Shown here: positions 49,279 to 58,437 of the stretch, piece by piece
Layout of the letters: the number at the start of each line of letters is the position of its first letter
Numbering within the stretch: position 1 is the first letter of the stretch
Origin: an uncultured Candidatus Saccharibacteria bacterium
Lineage (GTDB): Bacteria > Patescibacteriota > Doudnabacteria > UBA920
Direction: 5' to 3'
Assembly (NCBI GenBank): GCA_964532425.1
Contig: CAZHIA010000006.1
Coordinates: 1,343-65,342 of the forward strand
Length of the DNA: 64,000 nucleotides
Translations under genes and position numbers: made by a program
The notes under the pieces: generated by a model
What the model was told of the DNA's origin: nothing
Database searches by the model: none
Seen by the model: only the letters and a program-made list of their open reading frames with translations

Positions 49279-49351
49279 GACATTTGACCTGTGACATTTG
49301 ACATTTGACCAATTGCAGACGGTCAAAGGTCAAATGTTAAATGTTAAATGT
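49279..49351. repeat. ACATTTG heptamer inverted element
   Basis: Closely similar to the 30584 copy. Confidence 0.85.
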
Positions 49352-49357
49352 TTTCCT

Positions 49358-50128
49358 ATGAAGCTCTCATTCGGTAAATCAAAAAAACAGGAACCCCGCC
49401 AGAAAGGCAAGTTTATTGTCATCGATGGTACGGACGGCAGTGGCAAAGGAACGCAGACTCAGCTGCTTATTGAAGAATTGAAGGTCAACGGTTTTGAAGT
49501 TGAAATGGCGGACTTTCCCCAGTATGGCCAGAAGTCTGCGGGTATGGTGGAAGAATACTTAAACGGCAAGTTTGGCCAGGTTGGTCCGCAGGCGGCTTCC
49601 ATTTTTTATGCGGTCGACCGTTTTGACGCATCGTTTAAAATCCGCCAGTGGCTCGAAGAGGGTAAAGTGGTGGTTTCTAACCGCTATGTGACCGCTAATG
49701 CCGGCCATCAGGGTGGCAAGATTGCGGACGATATTGAACGGCATAAATTTTTCCGCTGGCTGAATAATTTGGAGTACGACATTTTTGGCATTCCGAAACC
49801 GGATTTGAATGTGATTTTATACATGCCAGCCGAGATCGCCCAGAAGCTTGTTGATCAGAAGGCTGCGGAGCAGCGAGCGTATGCGGAAGGCAAGAAGCGT
49901 GATCTGCATGAGGCGGATCTTGATCATCTTAAGAATGCCGAGCGGGTCTATTTGGAGATTGCCCGGCTGTTCCCGAATACCAAGCTGGTGGAGTGCGTGA
50001 CGAAAAGCGAACAGGCCAAGTACGACGTTCCGTGTGTCCTGAGTCCGCAAGAGGTCCATAATAAAGTTTGGGAATTGGTGAGGAGGATAGCGCTGAAGGA
50101 TTTAAAGCCTAACATATCGACGAAGTGA
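49358..50128 (+). CDS. tmk: thymidylate kinase
   Basis: IVIDGTDGSGKGTQ, NRY, PKPDL. Confidence 0.92.
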   Translation: MKLSFGKSKKQEPRQKGKFIVIDGTDGSGKGTQTQLLIEELKVNGFEVEMADFPQYGQKSAGMVEEYLNGKFGQVGPQAASIFYAVDRFDASFKIRQWLEEGKVVVSNRYVTANAGHQGGKIADDIERHKFFRWLNNLEYDIFGIPKPDLNVILYMPAEIAQKLVDQKAAEQRAYAEGKKRDLHEADLDHLKNAERVYLEIARLFPNTKLVECVTKSEQAKYDVPCVLSPQEVHNKVWELVRRIALKDLKPNISTK

Positions 50129-50137
50129 TGCAAAATG

Positions 50138-50564
50138 TTTCCCTCCCCATGAGTGGGGAGGGAACAAGGGAGAGGTAGATGAAAGTTGATGGATATAAAA
50201 TTGGCCTGTCTAAAAGACTTCGGAAGACTTCCACGCCTTGGGAAAGAAAACTTTGGTACTATCTGCGAGGTGGCCGATTTTCAGGTTTGAAATTTAAGCG
50301 ACAAGTGCCGATTGGGAATTATATAGTAGACTTTTGTTGCCATGAGAAAAGATTGGTAATAGAATTGGATGGTGGTGGACATTCGGAGCAGCAACAGCAC
50401 GTTCATGATCTGGAAAAGGATAACTATTTGGAACAAGAAGGGTATCAGATTTTAAGATTTTGGAATATAGACGTAGATAAAAATATTGAAGGTATTTTGC
50501 ATACTATTAAAGGAGTTGTTACATAGGCAACCTCTCTCTGTCTCTCCCCACACATGGGGAGAGG
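50138..50564 (+). mobile_element. second DUF559 cassette bounded by palindromic inverted repeats
   Basis: CCCTCCCCATGAGTGGGGAGGG...GAGAGGT / ACCTCTC...CTCTCCCCACACATGGGGAGAG. Confidence 0.65.
50179..50526 (+). CDS. DUF559 (Vsr-like) endonuclease
   Basis: LRKTSTPWE, KFKRQ, VDFCC, IELDGGGH, ILRFWN. Confidence 0.92.
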   Translation: MKVDGYKIGLSKRLRKTSTPWERKLWYYLRGGRFSGLKFKRQVPIGNYIVDFCCHEKRLVIELDGGGHSEQQQHVHDLEKDNYLEQEGYQILRFWNIDVDKNIEGILHTIKGVVT

Positions 50565-50594
50565 ACGTGCTAAGAAAATAATTACCTGAAAAAT

Positions 50595-52289
50595 ATGTTC
50601 ACCGACGAAGAAAAATCCATTCTCAAAAAATACGTGTCTTCTCCCGATGCCAATATTTTTTCCGTGAAAGGAATGGAAGGCATGGTAGGTGCGGCCTATG
50701 CCCGGTACAGCCGGGCCAAGGGCGGCTTCCGCGAAGTCCTTTTAAAGGAGTTTATTGAAGAAGGGAATATCGATCCCAAGCATGCTGATGAACTAATCGC
50801 GCGCGTGCTGGTTGCCTACGGAGATGATTCCGTGGGGGAATTGGAAGGCGCGCATGTTAGCTTTGAAAAAATTACGATGTTGGCGGCCAAGGAGATCGAA
50901 GATCGTCGCATCGGCGGCAGTCCCATTGAACAGTCAACGAGGTATGTGCTCTATGACCAGAAGACCGAGGACGGCCGCTGGCTGTATTACCGCGGTCCGG
51001 AAGTTATTGAAGCCTCCTTTGGCAAGCTCTATGAAGAGACTATGGATTTTATCTTCCAGACGTACGCGGACCTGGTAGAACCCATGAAAAGCTATTTGGA
51101 ATCGCAGAAGCCGCTCCACGATGCCGAGTATGATATCAACGGCGACGGAGTGAAGGAGAAGCTGGCGGATGTCGTAGATGAGAAGCAGATCAAGGCATTC
51201 AAGCAAACCTACACATTCGAGCTGCGCGCCAAGGCGTGCGATATTCTCAGGGCACTGCTTCCGGTCGCCACGCTGACCAATGTCGGCATGTTCGGCAACG
51301 GCAGGTTTTACCAGAATCTTATCAGCCACTTGCTGACAACTGAGCTGCCCGAGGCTCATACCATCGCAGCCGGCACCCAGGAAGCGCTCAAAGAAGTGAT
51401 TCCACAATATATCCGCCGGGCCCGGCGCAATGAGTACAATGCGGAAATTCATAAGAACATGTTCTCGCTGGCCCGCGAGGTGCTGAAGGATATTAAGCAT
51501 GAGCATCCTGACCGGCTGCCGCACTTTTTGCTCTTGGACAGGGGAGAGGAACTGTTAGAAAAACGCATCCGCCACGAAGGGGTGCCGGCGCGCGAGGCCT
51601 TGCAAGAGGTAAGCGACATCAATATGATCGCGGCCATGCTCTATCCGTATTCGCATCTGCCTTTGCATCAAATTCGTAAAGAGGTAGACCGTATGGATGC
51701 GGAAACCAGAAAGCGCGTGGTAAATACCTATATCAGCGATCGGAAGACCCGCCGCGACCGGCCTGGCCGGGCTTTGGAAGACGGGTACCCGTACACCTTT
51801 GACCTGGTCACAAATTTTGGGGTGTATAAAGATCTCCAGCGCCATCGCATGAATACCCAGACCCGCCAACTGTTCACCACTCGCCTGGGCTTTTACTATG
51901 CCCCGGAACTTGAGTTGATCGGCGCTACCAAAAAGGTCCAGGAATGCGTGGAGAAGGCGGATAGACTCTGTGAGGCTATGGCCGCGGAAAACCCGCTTAT
52001 AGCCCAATATAGCGCGCTTCACGGCCATTATATCCGCTGGTCCATTGGTTTTAACGACCGGGAAGCTATGCATCTGCTGGAATTACGGTCTACTCCCCAA
52101 GGCCACCCTAACTATCGGCTGGCGGCCCAGGAGATGCATAAACTCATTGCCGAGCGCAGTCCGATGCGGGCAGACATGATGAAGTTTGTCGATCACAACG
52201 ACTATTACTGGTCGCGAGCGGAGAGTGAAGCCAAACAGCGCGTAAAGGAAGCTGAACTGGACAAGAAATTCCACAATACAAACAGTTGA
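50595..52289 (+). CDS. thyX: FAD-dependent thymidylate synthase, tandem-domain type
   Basis: AYARYSR, EQSTRY, DLQRHR, ELRS; located in the dTMP cluster. Confidence 0.88.
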   Translation: MFTDEEKSILKKYVSSPDANIFSVKGMEGMVGAAYARYSRAKGGFREVLLKEFIEEGNIDPKHADELIARVLVAYGDDSVGELEGAHVSFEKITMLAAKEIEDRRIGGSPIEQSTRYVLYDQKTEDGRWLYYRGPEVIEASFGKLYEETMDFIFQTYADLVEPMKSYLESQKPLHDAEYDINGDGVKEKLADVVDEKQIKAFKQTYTFELRAKACDILRALLPVATLTNVGMFGNGRFYQNLISHLLTTELPEAHTIAAGTQEALKEVIPQYIRRARRNEYNAEIHKNMFSLAREVLKDIKHEHPDRLPHFLLLDRGEELLEKRIRHEGVPAREALQEVSDINMIAAMLYPYSHLPLHQIRKEVDRMDAETRKRVVNTYISDRKTRRDRPGRALEDGYPYTFDLVTNFGVYKDLQRHRMNTQTRQLFTTRLGFYYAPELELIGATKKVQECVEKADRLCEAMAAENPLIAQYSALHGHYIRWSIGFNDREAMHLLELRSTPQGHPNYRLAAQEMHKLIAERSPMRADMMKFVDHNDYYWSRAESEAKQRVKEAELDKKFHNTNS

Positions 52290-52378
52290 TGTTCTTTGTA
52301 AGAAATTCTATCCAAAGAGGTCTTTGGTAGTAAGGTAGTTAGTGGTTGTCTATTCTGAGTATTGCTCAGGGGGGCGTT

Positions 52379-52783
52379 ATGAGTATCGTGATTGCCGTGA
52401 AGTTGGGAGATGACCTGCACAACAAGCTCAAATTGATCGGAACGAGAGAGTCGCGATTGTTGGGTGCGCAAGCTTTGTTTTTCCTGGAGACCTGCGCCAT
52501 AGCAGCTCAACGCGAACCGGCCCTCCGGTATAAGCTGGAGATGGTGCCTGAACAGCCGTTCATGAAAAATTGCAGCAAGTTCGTCCTTGAAGACGGATTG
52601 TTCGATTACTATTCTGAGTGGGCGTGCTGTTACGGCATCAGGGTCGCTCCGTTTGTCCGAATGGTGCTTCATACTGCCATTCGGTGCTATGAACGGCTTG
52701 CGCCCACACGGGTGCTGGGAAAGGAGGAATTTATCGGCGTACTGGTAGACCAGGTGCGCAGTATGCCGTCTCACGCCGACTAA
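52379..52783 (+). CDS. hypothetical protein, possible tandem ribbon-helix-helix
   Basis: Two strand-helix-helix-like units; followed by a terminator at ~52790-52813. Confidence 0.55.
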   Translation: MSIVIAVKLGDDLHNKLKLIGTRESRLLGAQALFFLETCAIAAQREPALRYKLEMVPEQPFMKNCSKFVLEDGLFDYYSEWACCYGIRVAPFVRMVLHTAIRCYERLAPTRVLGKEEFIGVLVDQVRSMPSHAD

Positions 52784-52838
52784 ACCCTCGGCCGGAGTAT
52801 CTCCGGCTTTTTTGTTTTTCTGCTATAATGTCAAAGCT

Positions 52839-53927
52839 ATGAATGAACTCATCAAACGGCTGGAAAACCTCCTGGCTGAGGTAAAAAACTTGACCGCTAA
52901 CTTGCAGCTGCCGCAAAAGGAACAGCGTATTTTGGAATTGGAAGACCAAATGAACCAGCCGGATTTTTGGAATGATAACGAGCGGGCTCAGAGAGTGAGC
53001 AAGGAGTATAACCAGCTGAAAACTTTTTATGATTTTTGGACGGGGTTGGAAAAAGATGTTGCGGAGACGCTGGAGCTTGCCCAGGCTGACGCTGGCAACG
53101 GCTTGGACCGTTCCCTACAAGAGCACGCCGATAATCTTGAGGCTCAATACAAAAAGAACCGTTTCGTAGCCCTGCTTTCCAAAAAATACGATGACCATAA
53201 CGCCATCTTTTCCCTCCATTCGGGAGCGGGCGGCGTAGATGCCCAGGACTGGGCGGAAATGCTTCTGCGCATGTTTTTGCGCTACTGCGAACGCAAAGGA
53301 TTTGCCACCGAGGTTTTGGAATTGTCCCGCGGCGAACAGGGAGGGGTGAAGACTGCCGTGGTGGAAGTTAAAGGTCCGTACGCATACGGATTATTGAAGA
53401 GCGAGGCCGGTGTGCACCGGCTGGTGAGATTGTCGCCGTTCAATCCGGCCCATACTCGCGAAACTTCCTTTGCGCTTTTGGAGTTGCTTCCAGAGCTTGA
53501 GCAACAGGAAGAATTTAAGGTAGACGAGAAAGAGCTGAAGATCGAAGCGAATACTTCTTCCGGTCACGGCGGCCAGTCCGTTAACACCACGTATTCCGCC
53601 ATCCGCATTACGCACATTCCGACCGGCATCCGAGTCTCCATCCAGAACGAGCGCAGCCAGCACCAGAACCGGGAAATGGCCATGAAGATTTTGATGTCAA
53701 AGTTGAAAGCTTTGGAAGAAGAGAAGCTACAAAAAGAAAAACAGGAACTGCGCGGCGAGTTCAAATCCGCGGAATGGGGAAACCAAATCCGGTCATATGT
53801 GCTCCATCCGTACAAAATGGTCAAAGACCACCGGACCAGCATGGAGACTTCGGATCCCGAATCTGTCTTGAACGGCGAATTGGATGAGTTTGTTGAGGCT
53901 TACCTCGAACAGACCAGTGCGCGATAA
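52839..53927 (+). CDS. prfB: peptide chain release factor 2
   Basis: SPF motif, GGQ, WGNQIRSYVLHPY; single uninterrupted ORF. Confidence 0.96.
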   Translation: MNELIKRLENLLAEVKNLTANLQLPQKEQRILELEDQMNQPDFWNDNERAQRVSKEYNQLKTFYDFWTGLEKDVAETLELAQADAGNGLDRSLQEHADNLEAQYKKNRFVALLSKKYDDHNAIFSLHSGAGGVDAQDWAEMLLRMFLRYCERKGFATEVLELSRGEQGGVKTAVVEVKGPYAYGLLKSEAGVHRLVRLSPFNPAHTRETSFALLELLPELEQQEEFKVDEKELKIEANTSSGHGGQSVNTTYSAIRITHIPTGIRVSIQNERSQHQNREMAMKILMSKLKALEEEKLQKEKQELRGEFKSAEWGNQIRSYVLHPYKMVKDHRTSMETSDPESVLNGELDEFVEAYLEQTSAR

Positions 53928-54041
53928 TACATACGTATGCTCCTTTGTTACACTATGATACTTCCTTGTATCATAGTGTCTTTACAAGAGGAAGATTTAT
54001 GCGTATAATTGAGCCAGTTTTAGGAACGGAGGAGGGAAGAA

Positions 54042-54746
54042 ATGTATCAAACAGTAGCTGAATCGTGGCTTGGCAAGGCGCGGGAGGAGACCGAACAAGG
54101 CAATTTTTCCCAAGCGATCGTTGCCTGTCAAAATGCTTTCCATTCAGCTGTCAGCGGCAACGAATGGGAATTGGTTATTCACAGCCTGGTGGACGAGGTG
54201 AATGCCTGGCAGCACCTGTTCAAGACTAAAGGGAAGCCGGAGTATGTAATCAGAGCCCTTTCGGTAGCCACCCTGATGGTGCAGCAACAAGGCATCTATC
54301 AACTGAAAGACAAATGGGCTGTCGTCTATTATCGCCTCGGCACCGCACATCAATTGAACGAGGATTATCCGCACGCTATTGAATCGTTCAGGCAAGCCTT
54401 GGATTGGTTCGACAAGTCGGGGCATTGGCCGGCCGAAAAAGAAGACTGGCGCGTCCATTATGGCGAAGCATTTGTCCTGATGGGCGAGAAACGGATCGGC
54501 CTGGATATTATGTATCAGGCGCTCGATGAATTGAACCGTTGGAGTACCGAGGAAACCGTCGATGAGCGATCTTCGTTTCTCCTAAACGTCTGGATCACCG
54601 GAGCTCATCATAAGCTGGCGCGTCTGCTGCGGCATGATGACCCGGAAAAGGCTCAATGGCATCTAAAGCAAGCCCGGGCAATCATCGATCAGGACAACCG
54701 CCTCGTGGTTCGCAAGCGCGAGCAAGAGGAATTGGAAGGAAATTGA
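54042..54746 (+). CDS. TPR-like helical repeat protein
   Basis: AVVYYRLGTAHQLNEDYPHAIESFRQAL; GGAGG SD. Confidence 0.78.
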   Translation: MYQTVAESWLGKAREETEQGNFSQAIVACQNAFHSAVSGNEWELVIHSLVDEVNAWQHLFKTKGKPEYVIRALSVATLMVQQQGIYQLKDKWAVVYYRLGTAHQLNEDYPHAIESFRQALDWFDKSGHWPAEKEDWRVHYGEAFVLMGEKRIGLDIMYQALDELNRWSTEETVDERSSFLLNVWITGAHHKLARLLRHDDPEKAQWHLKQARAIIDQDNRLVVRKREQEELEGN

Positions 54747-54770
54747 AAAAGTTGGAATTAAGGAGGTGAC

Positions 54771-54914
54771 ATGTCTGTTGTTGAACTGGAACTCGGGCCG
54801 CTCCTGAACAAGCTGCAGCAGCGGGCGTTCGAACTTGGTAAAGAAGCCCAAGCTCAGAGACTGAACAAACGCCAAGCAGAAAAAAGTTGGCGGATGACAA
54901 TTTGTTGCGTCTGA
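54771..54914 (+). CDS. small hypothetical protein, possibly frameshifted
   Basis: AAGGAGGTGA SD; 47 aa; -1 frame stays open to 54958. Confidence 0.5.
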   Translation: MSVVELELGPLLNKLQQRAFELGKEAQAQRLNKRQAEKSWRMTICCV

Positions 54915-54978
54915 CGGTTCGTCAGATTATCAACAAGGTCAGACCGCCTGCCATATAAGGACCGCAAGGTCCTTATTT

Positions 54979-55180
54979 AAATTGACAAAGTTGAACAAAA
55001 TTTAATCCTCCTCCGCTAAAGCTTCGGCGGACCTTCGGAAAATTGACCGAATTTGAGGACAGATGGAAAAAATTTTCATAAACTGACAAAAGTGGTATAA
55101 TATATTCACTGTGATTGATACTGATATAAACATTTATCGGAATTTGTAGGTATCCGTAGATTTGTAGGAAAATTTTGTAG
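54979..55180. repeat. AATTGAC arm interrupted by CCGCTAAAGCTTCGGCGG, plus ATTTGTAG arm
   Basis: Partial members of families seen elsewhere in the window. Confidence 0.6.
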
Positions 55181-55182
55181 CT

Positions 55183-55860
55183 ATGATCAAGTTCGAAAAC
55201 GTCATCAAGCACTACGGTTCGCATAAAGCGCTCAACAATGTCAATTTGGACATTCACCACGGGGAATTCATTTCCCTCGTGGGTCTTTCCGGTGCGGGAA
55301 AATCCACGCTCATGAAGCTGATCATCGGCGAGGAGCGTATTGACGGCGGCCGGATCCTGATCGACGATATCGATATTGCCTCAGTGCGGAAGGATGACCT
55401 GCCATATTTGCGCCGCAAAATCGGCGTGGTCTTCCAGGATATGAAGCTTTTGCCCAAACGGACCGCATTCGAGAACGTGGCATTCGCCATGGAGGTCTGT
55501 GGCCACCGCAAGGACAAGATCGACAAGGATGTACCAAAGATTCTGGACTTAGTTGGCCTGCTGCACAAGAAAGACGCTTTCCCACACCAGATGTCCGGCG
55601 GGGAAAAGCAGCGCGTAGCCATTGCCCGGGCTTTGTCCCACCGGCCGGTATTACTGCTTGCCGACGAGCCGACCGGTAACCTAGACGAGGTGAATGCTGG
55701 AGAGGTTATTGATTTGCTGCTCAAGATCAACCAGCTCGGCACGACCGTTATTTTGGCCACTCATGCGGCAGACATCGTGAACCGCCTCAAAAAGCGCGTT
55801 ATTACTTTGGAAGGCGGTCAGGTGGTTATGGAACAGGAGAAGGGAAAGTATAAACTTTAG
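55183..55860 (+). CDS. ftsE: cell division ATP-binding protein FtsE
   Basis: [29 protein letters not shown]. Confidence 0.95.
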   Translation: MIKFENVIKHYGSHKALNNVNLDIHHGEFISLVGLSGAGKSTLMKLIIGEERIDGGRILIDDIDIASVRKDDLPYLRRKIGVVFQDMKLLPKRTAFENVAFAMEVCGHRKDKIDKDVPKILDLVGLLHKKDAFPHQMSGGEKQRVAIARALSHRPVLLLADEPTGNLDEVNAGEVIDLLLKINQLGTTVILATHAADIVNRLKKRVITLEGGQVVMEQEKGKYKL

Positions 55861-55868
55861 TAAAAACT

Positions 55869-55962
55869 AGCTTATAGCTGTCAGCTGATAGCTTATAGGA
55901 ATATTGAGTATTAGAAATTCATGGTATTCCTATAAGCTGAAAGCTATAACCTGAAAGCTGAA
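55869..55962. repeat. AGCT heptamer inverted element
   Basis: Shares TGGTATTCCTATAAGCTGA with 10307. Confidence 0.85.
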
Positions 55963-55965
55963 AAC

Positions 55966-56883
55966 ATGTTCGAAACCATTTCATTTTTCAGAATCATCCG
56001 CACCGGTGTCATAAATTTTTGGCGTAATATCTGGCTGTCGCTGGCTGCCAGCATGGTCATGACCGTCACGCTGGTTATTTTTGCCGTGCTTTTTTTAATG
56101 TTTGCCCTCACTAGCTTTTCTATTAAGACCATTCAGAACACGGTCGACATTAGCGTATATTTCAAAACCGGATTGGTGGAAGATCAGATTAACAACATCA
56201 AGACTGCCATTCAGGCAGATCCCAAGGTCAGAGAGACTGCGTACACCTCTTCCCAACAAGCATTTGACGAATTCAAGGAAAAGCACAAGAATGACGTGCT
56301 TATTAGCCAGTCATTGAACGAGCTGACTGAGAATCCCTTGCCGGCCACGCTGCACATTAAAGCTTACAATTTGGAGGATTATCCGACTATCGCCAGCAAT
56401 TTGCAATCGGACAAGTACAAAGACTTCATTTCCAAAGTCAATTTCGAGGACAATCGCGTTATAATCGAACGGTTAAGCAAGATTCTCCATTTGATAATCA
56501 CGTTCGGGATAGGGTTGATAGCAGTCTTTTGCGTGATTGCTATTTTAGTCATCTTTAATACCATCACCCTTACCATTTACAATCGGCGCGAGGAGGTAGA
56601 AATTATGCGCCTTGTGGGGGCGACAAACTGGTATATCCGCGGGCCATTCATTATCGAAGCCATGCTGTACAGTTTTTTGGCGACTGCGCTTTCTGCGGTG
56701 TTATTCATGCCGGTTTTTTCCAAAGTGTTGCCCAAAATTGCCCTGTATGTAAATCCACAAGTGACCGTCTTTTCTAAAAATATCTTCGACTATTGGTACC
56801 TGGTGACAATTTTGCTCGTGTTATCGGTCATCCTGTCCGTGGCTACGACATTGTTCGCAATCAGGAAGTATTTAAAAATCTAG
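55966..56883 (+). CDS. ftsX: cell division permease FtsX
   Basis: ENPLPA, RREEVEIMRLVGATNWYIRGPF. Confidence 0.95.
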   Translation: MFETISFFRIIRTGVINFWRNIWLSLAASMVMTVTLVIFAVLFLMFALTSFSIKTIQNTVDISVYFKTGLVEDQINNIKTAIQADPKVRETAYTSSQQAFDEFKEKHKNDVLISQSLNELTENPLPATLHIKAYNLEDYPTIASNLQSDKYKDFISKVNFEDNRVIIERLSKILHLIITFGIGLIAVFCVIAILVIFNTITLTIYNRREEVEIMRLVGATNWYIRGPFIIEAMLYSFLATALSAVLFMPVFSKVLPKIALYVNPQVTVFSKNIFDYWYLVTILLVLSVILSVATTLFAIRKYLKI

Positions 56884-56964
56884 CTAGTTGCCAGCTTATA
56901 GGAACACCAGTTTTGAGTTCCAACACGGCTTCTCCTGTAAGCTAAAAGCTGACAGCTACAAGCT
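56882..56964. repeat. AGCT heptamer inverted element
   Basis: Same family as 10307 and 55869. Confidence 0.8.
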
Positions 56965-57072
56965 TTTTATCTCTTGCGTGATTTTTAAAATCGTATATAC
57001 TGAAAAAGAGCCACTTTGAGGCAATCCTGAAAGCGGCAGCCAAGGACTCTCGCAGGGGAGTTTTTTTGTTGA

Positions 57073-57194
57073 ATAGTAATCTCGAATGGCACGAATACAG
57101 CGCAAATATACGAATATACATTGGCCGCTCAAATTCTGAAGAATGGTGTGTAGTATTCGCATATTTGCGCTTTATTAGTATATTAGAGATTACT
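57073..57194. repeat. CGAATA-family inverted element
   Basis: Shares ACGAATACAGCGCAAA, ATTGGCCGCTCAA and TATATTAGAGATTACT with 3125. Confidence 0.85.
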
Positions 57195-57198
57195 CTAT

Positions 57199-57648
57199 AT
57201 GAAGGTAATATTTCTCAAGGACCAGCCCGGCGGGGGGAGACGCGGGGAGATCAAGGAAGTGAACGAAGGGTATGCCAAGAATTTTTTGATTCCCAAGGGG
57301 TTTGCCCAGGTTGCGACAACGGACATTCAGGCTAAGGTGGCCAAGGAACAGAAGGAAGCTGAAGCCAAGCGCACAAAGGAAGTATCTCGCGCTCAAGAGT
57401 TGAAGGCAGAGCTGGAACGTCGGACCTTTACCGTTTCCATGAAGGTTGGGGACAAGGGGCAGGTATTTTCCGGGGTGCATGACCGCGATATTGCCGAAGC
57501 GATCAATAGGAAGCTACCGGCTACGGTTGAGCGACATCAGATCGAATTAAGCCGTCCTATTAAGGATCTTGGTCTCCATAAAGTGAGTATCAAGCTTATG
57601 CCCGGCATTAAGGCAGTTGTTGCCGTCACTGTCGAGCCTCAAACATAA
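57199..57648 (+). CDS. rplI: 50S ribosomal protein L9
   Basis: [19 protein letters not shown]. Confidence 0.96.
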   Translation: MKVIFLKDQPGGGRRGEIKEVNEGYAKNFLIPKGFAQVATTDIQAKVAKEQKEAEAKRTKEVSRAQELKAELERRTFTVSMKVGDKGQVFSGVHDRDIAEAINRKLPATVERHQIELSRPIKDLGLHKVSIKLMPGIKAVVAVTVEPQT

Positions 57649-57652
57649 ACAT

Positions 57653-58399
57653 ATGAATTTACAGCCGCGTGAAAAACAAATGATCAGTTTTCTCGGGATT
57701 GTGGTCGTGGGGTTTGTAGCCACGGTCTGGGTTCTGCGTGAAGTGGATGAGTATCACACCGAGCTTAATAATGCCCGCATGGATCAGTTGTCCAGTCATA
57801 TCAGTCTCGAAGAGGTCAAAAAGAAAGTCAGGCACCCTTCGGATAGCTCCATGCAGATCTATATCTCTAAACAAGGTTTTTCTTTCGAATATCCCGATGA
57901 ACTAACCGTGCGGCTGGAGGATGGCTGGGTAGATTTGAATCATGCAGTGGCATATAAAAATACCGATGCGTGTGATTTCCGGGGGAGCGGAAAGGAGCTG
58001 GATGCACTGCAGGATTTTCATGCCAGATTGAAGGTATATCCGGGTACGATTGCCGAGGCGGCAACAGCGCATAACCCGCAGTTTGCGAAAGGCAATCTCA
58101 ATGGTGATGGGTTGGCAATTAAACCCGGATTTGTCGATCCGTATGCCGCCGGTCCGTATAAGGGATTTGCGGTCACCGAAAGCGTTGAGGGGTGCGGCAC
58201 AGTGACATACTATTTGACCCTGCCGGACGGTCGGACGCTTGTTGCTACGCGCGATCTGGTTGGCTGGCTTGCTGACGTGGTCAATCCGGAGGTGCGCGCA
58301 AAGGTGTTGCAGGTACCGGGGATTATTAATACCTCGGAAAATACGAAGATATTTGACGCACTTTTGAAATCTGTACAATTGTCCGGAGCTGTCAACTAA
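57653..58399 (+). CDS. membrane-anchored extracytoplasmic protein (PsbP-like)
   Basis: N-terminal TM; GFSFEYP motif. Confidence 0.65.
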   Translation: MNLQPREKQMISFLGIVVVGFVATVWVLREVDEYHTELNNARMDQLSSHISLEEVKKKVRHPSDSSMQIYISKQGFSFEYPDELTVRLEDGWVDLNHAVAYKNTDACDFRGSGKELDALQDFHARLKVYPGTIAEAATAHNPQFAKGNLNGDGLAIKPGFVDPYAAGPYKGFAVTESVEGCGTVTYYLTLPDGRTLVATRDLVGWLADVVNPEVRAKVLQVPGIINTSENTKIFDALLKSVQLSGAVN

Positions 58400-58437
58400 A
58401 CTTATTTATACAAATATTTAATCATTCAAGAATATTC

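Noticed and set aside
6542-49357. N-terminal extensions on htpX, mreC, secE, nusG and tmk in the ORF track
   Set aside because: They are read-through of intergenic repeats from TTG/GTG or incidental starts; downstream ATGs match family starts
52839-52930. Programmed +1 frameshift in prfB
   Set aside because: ORF is continuous and there is no CTT-TGA site
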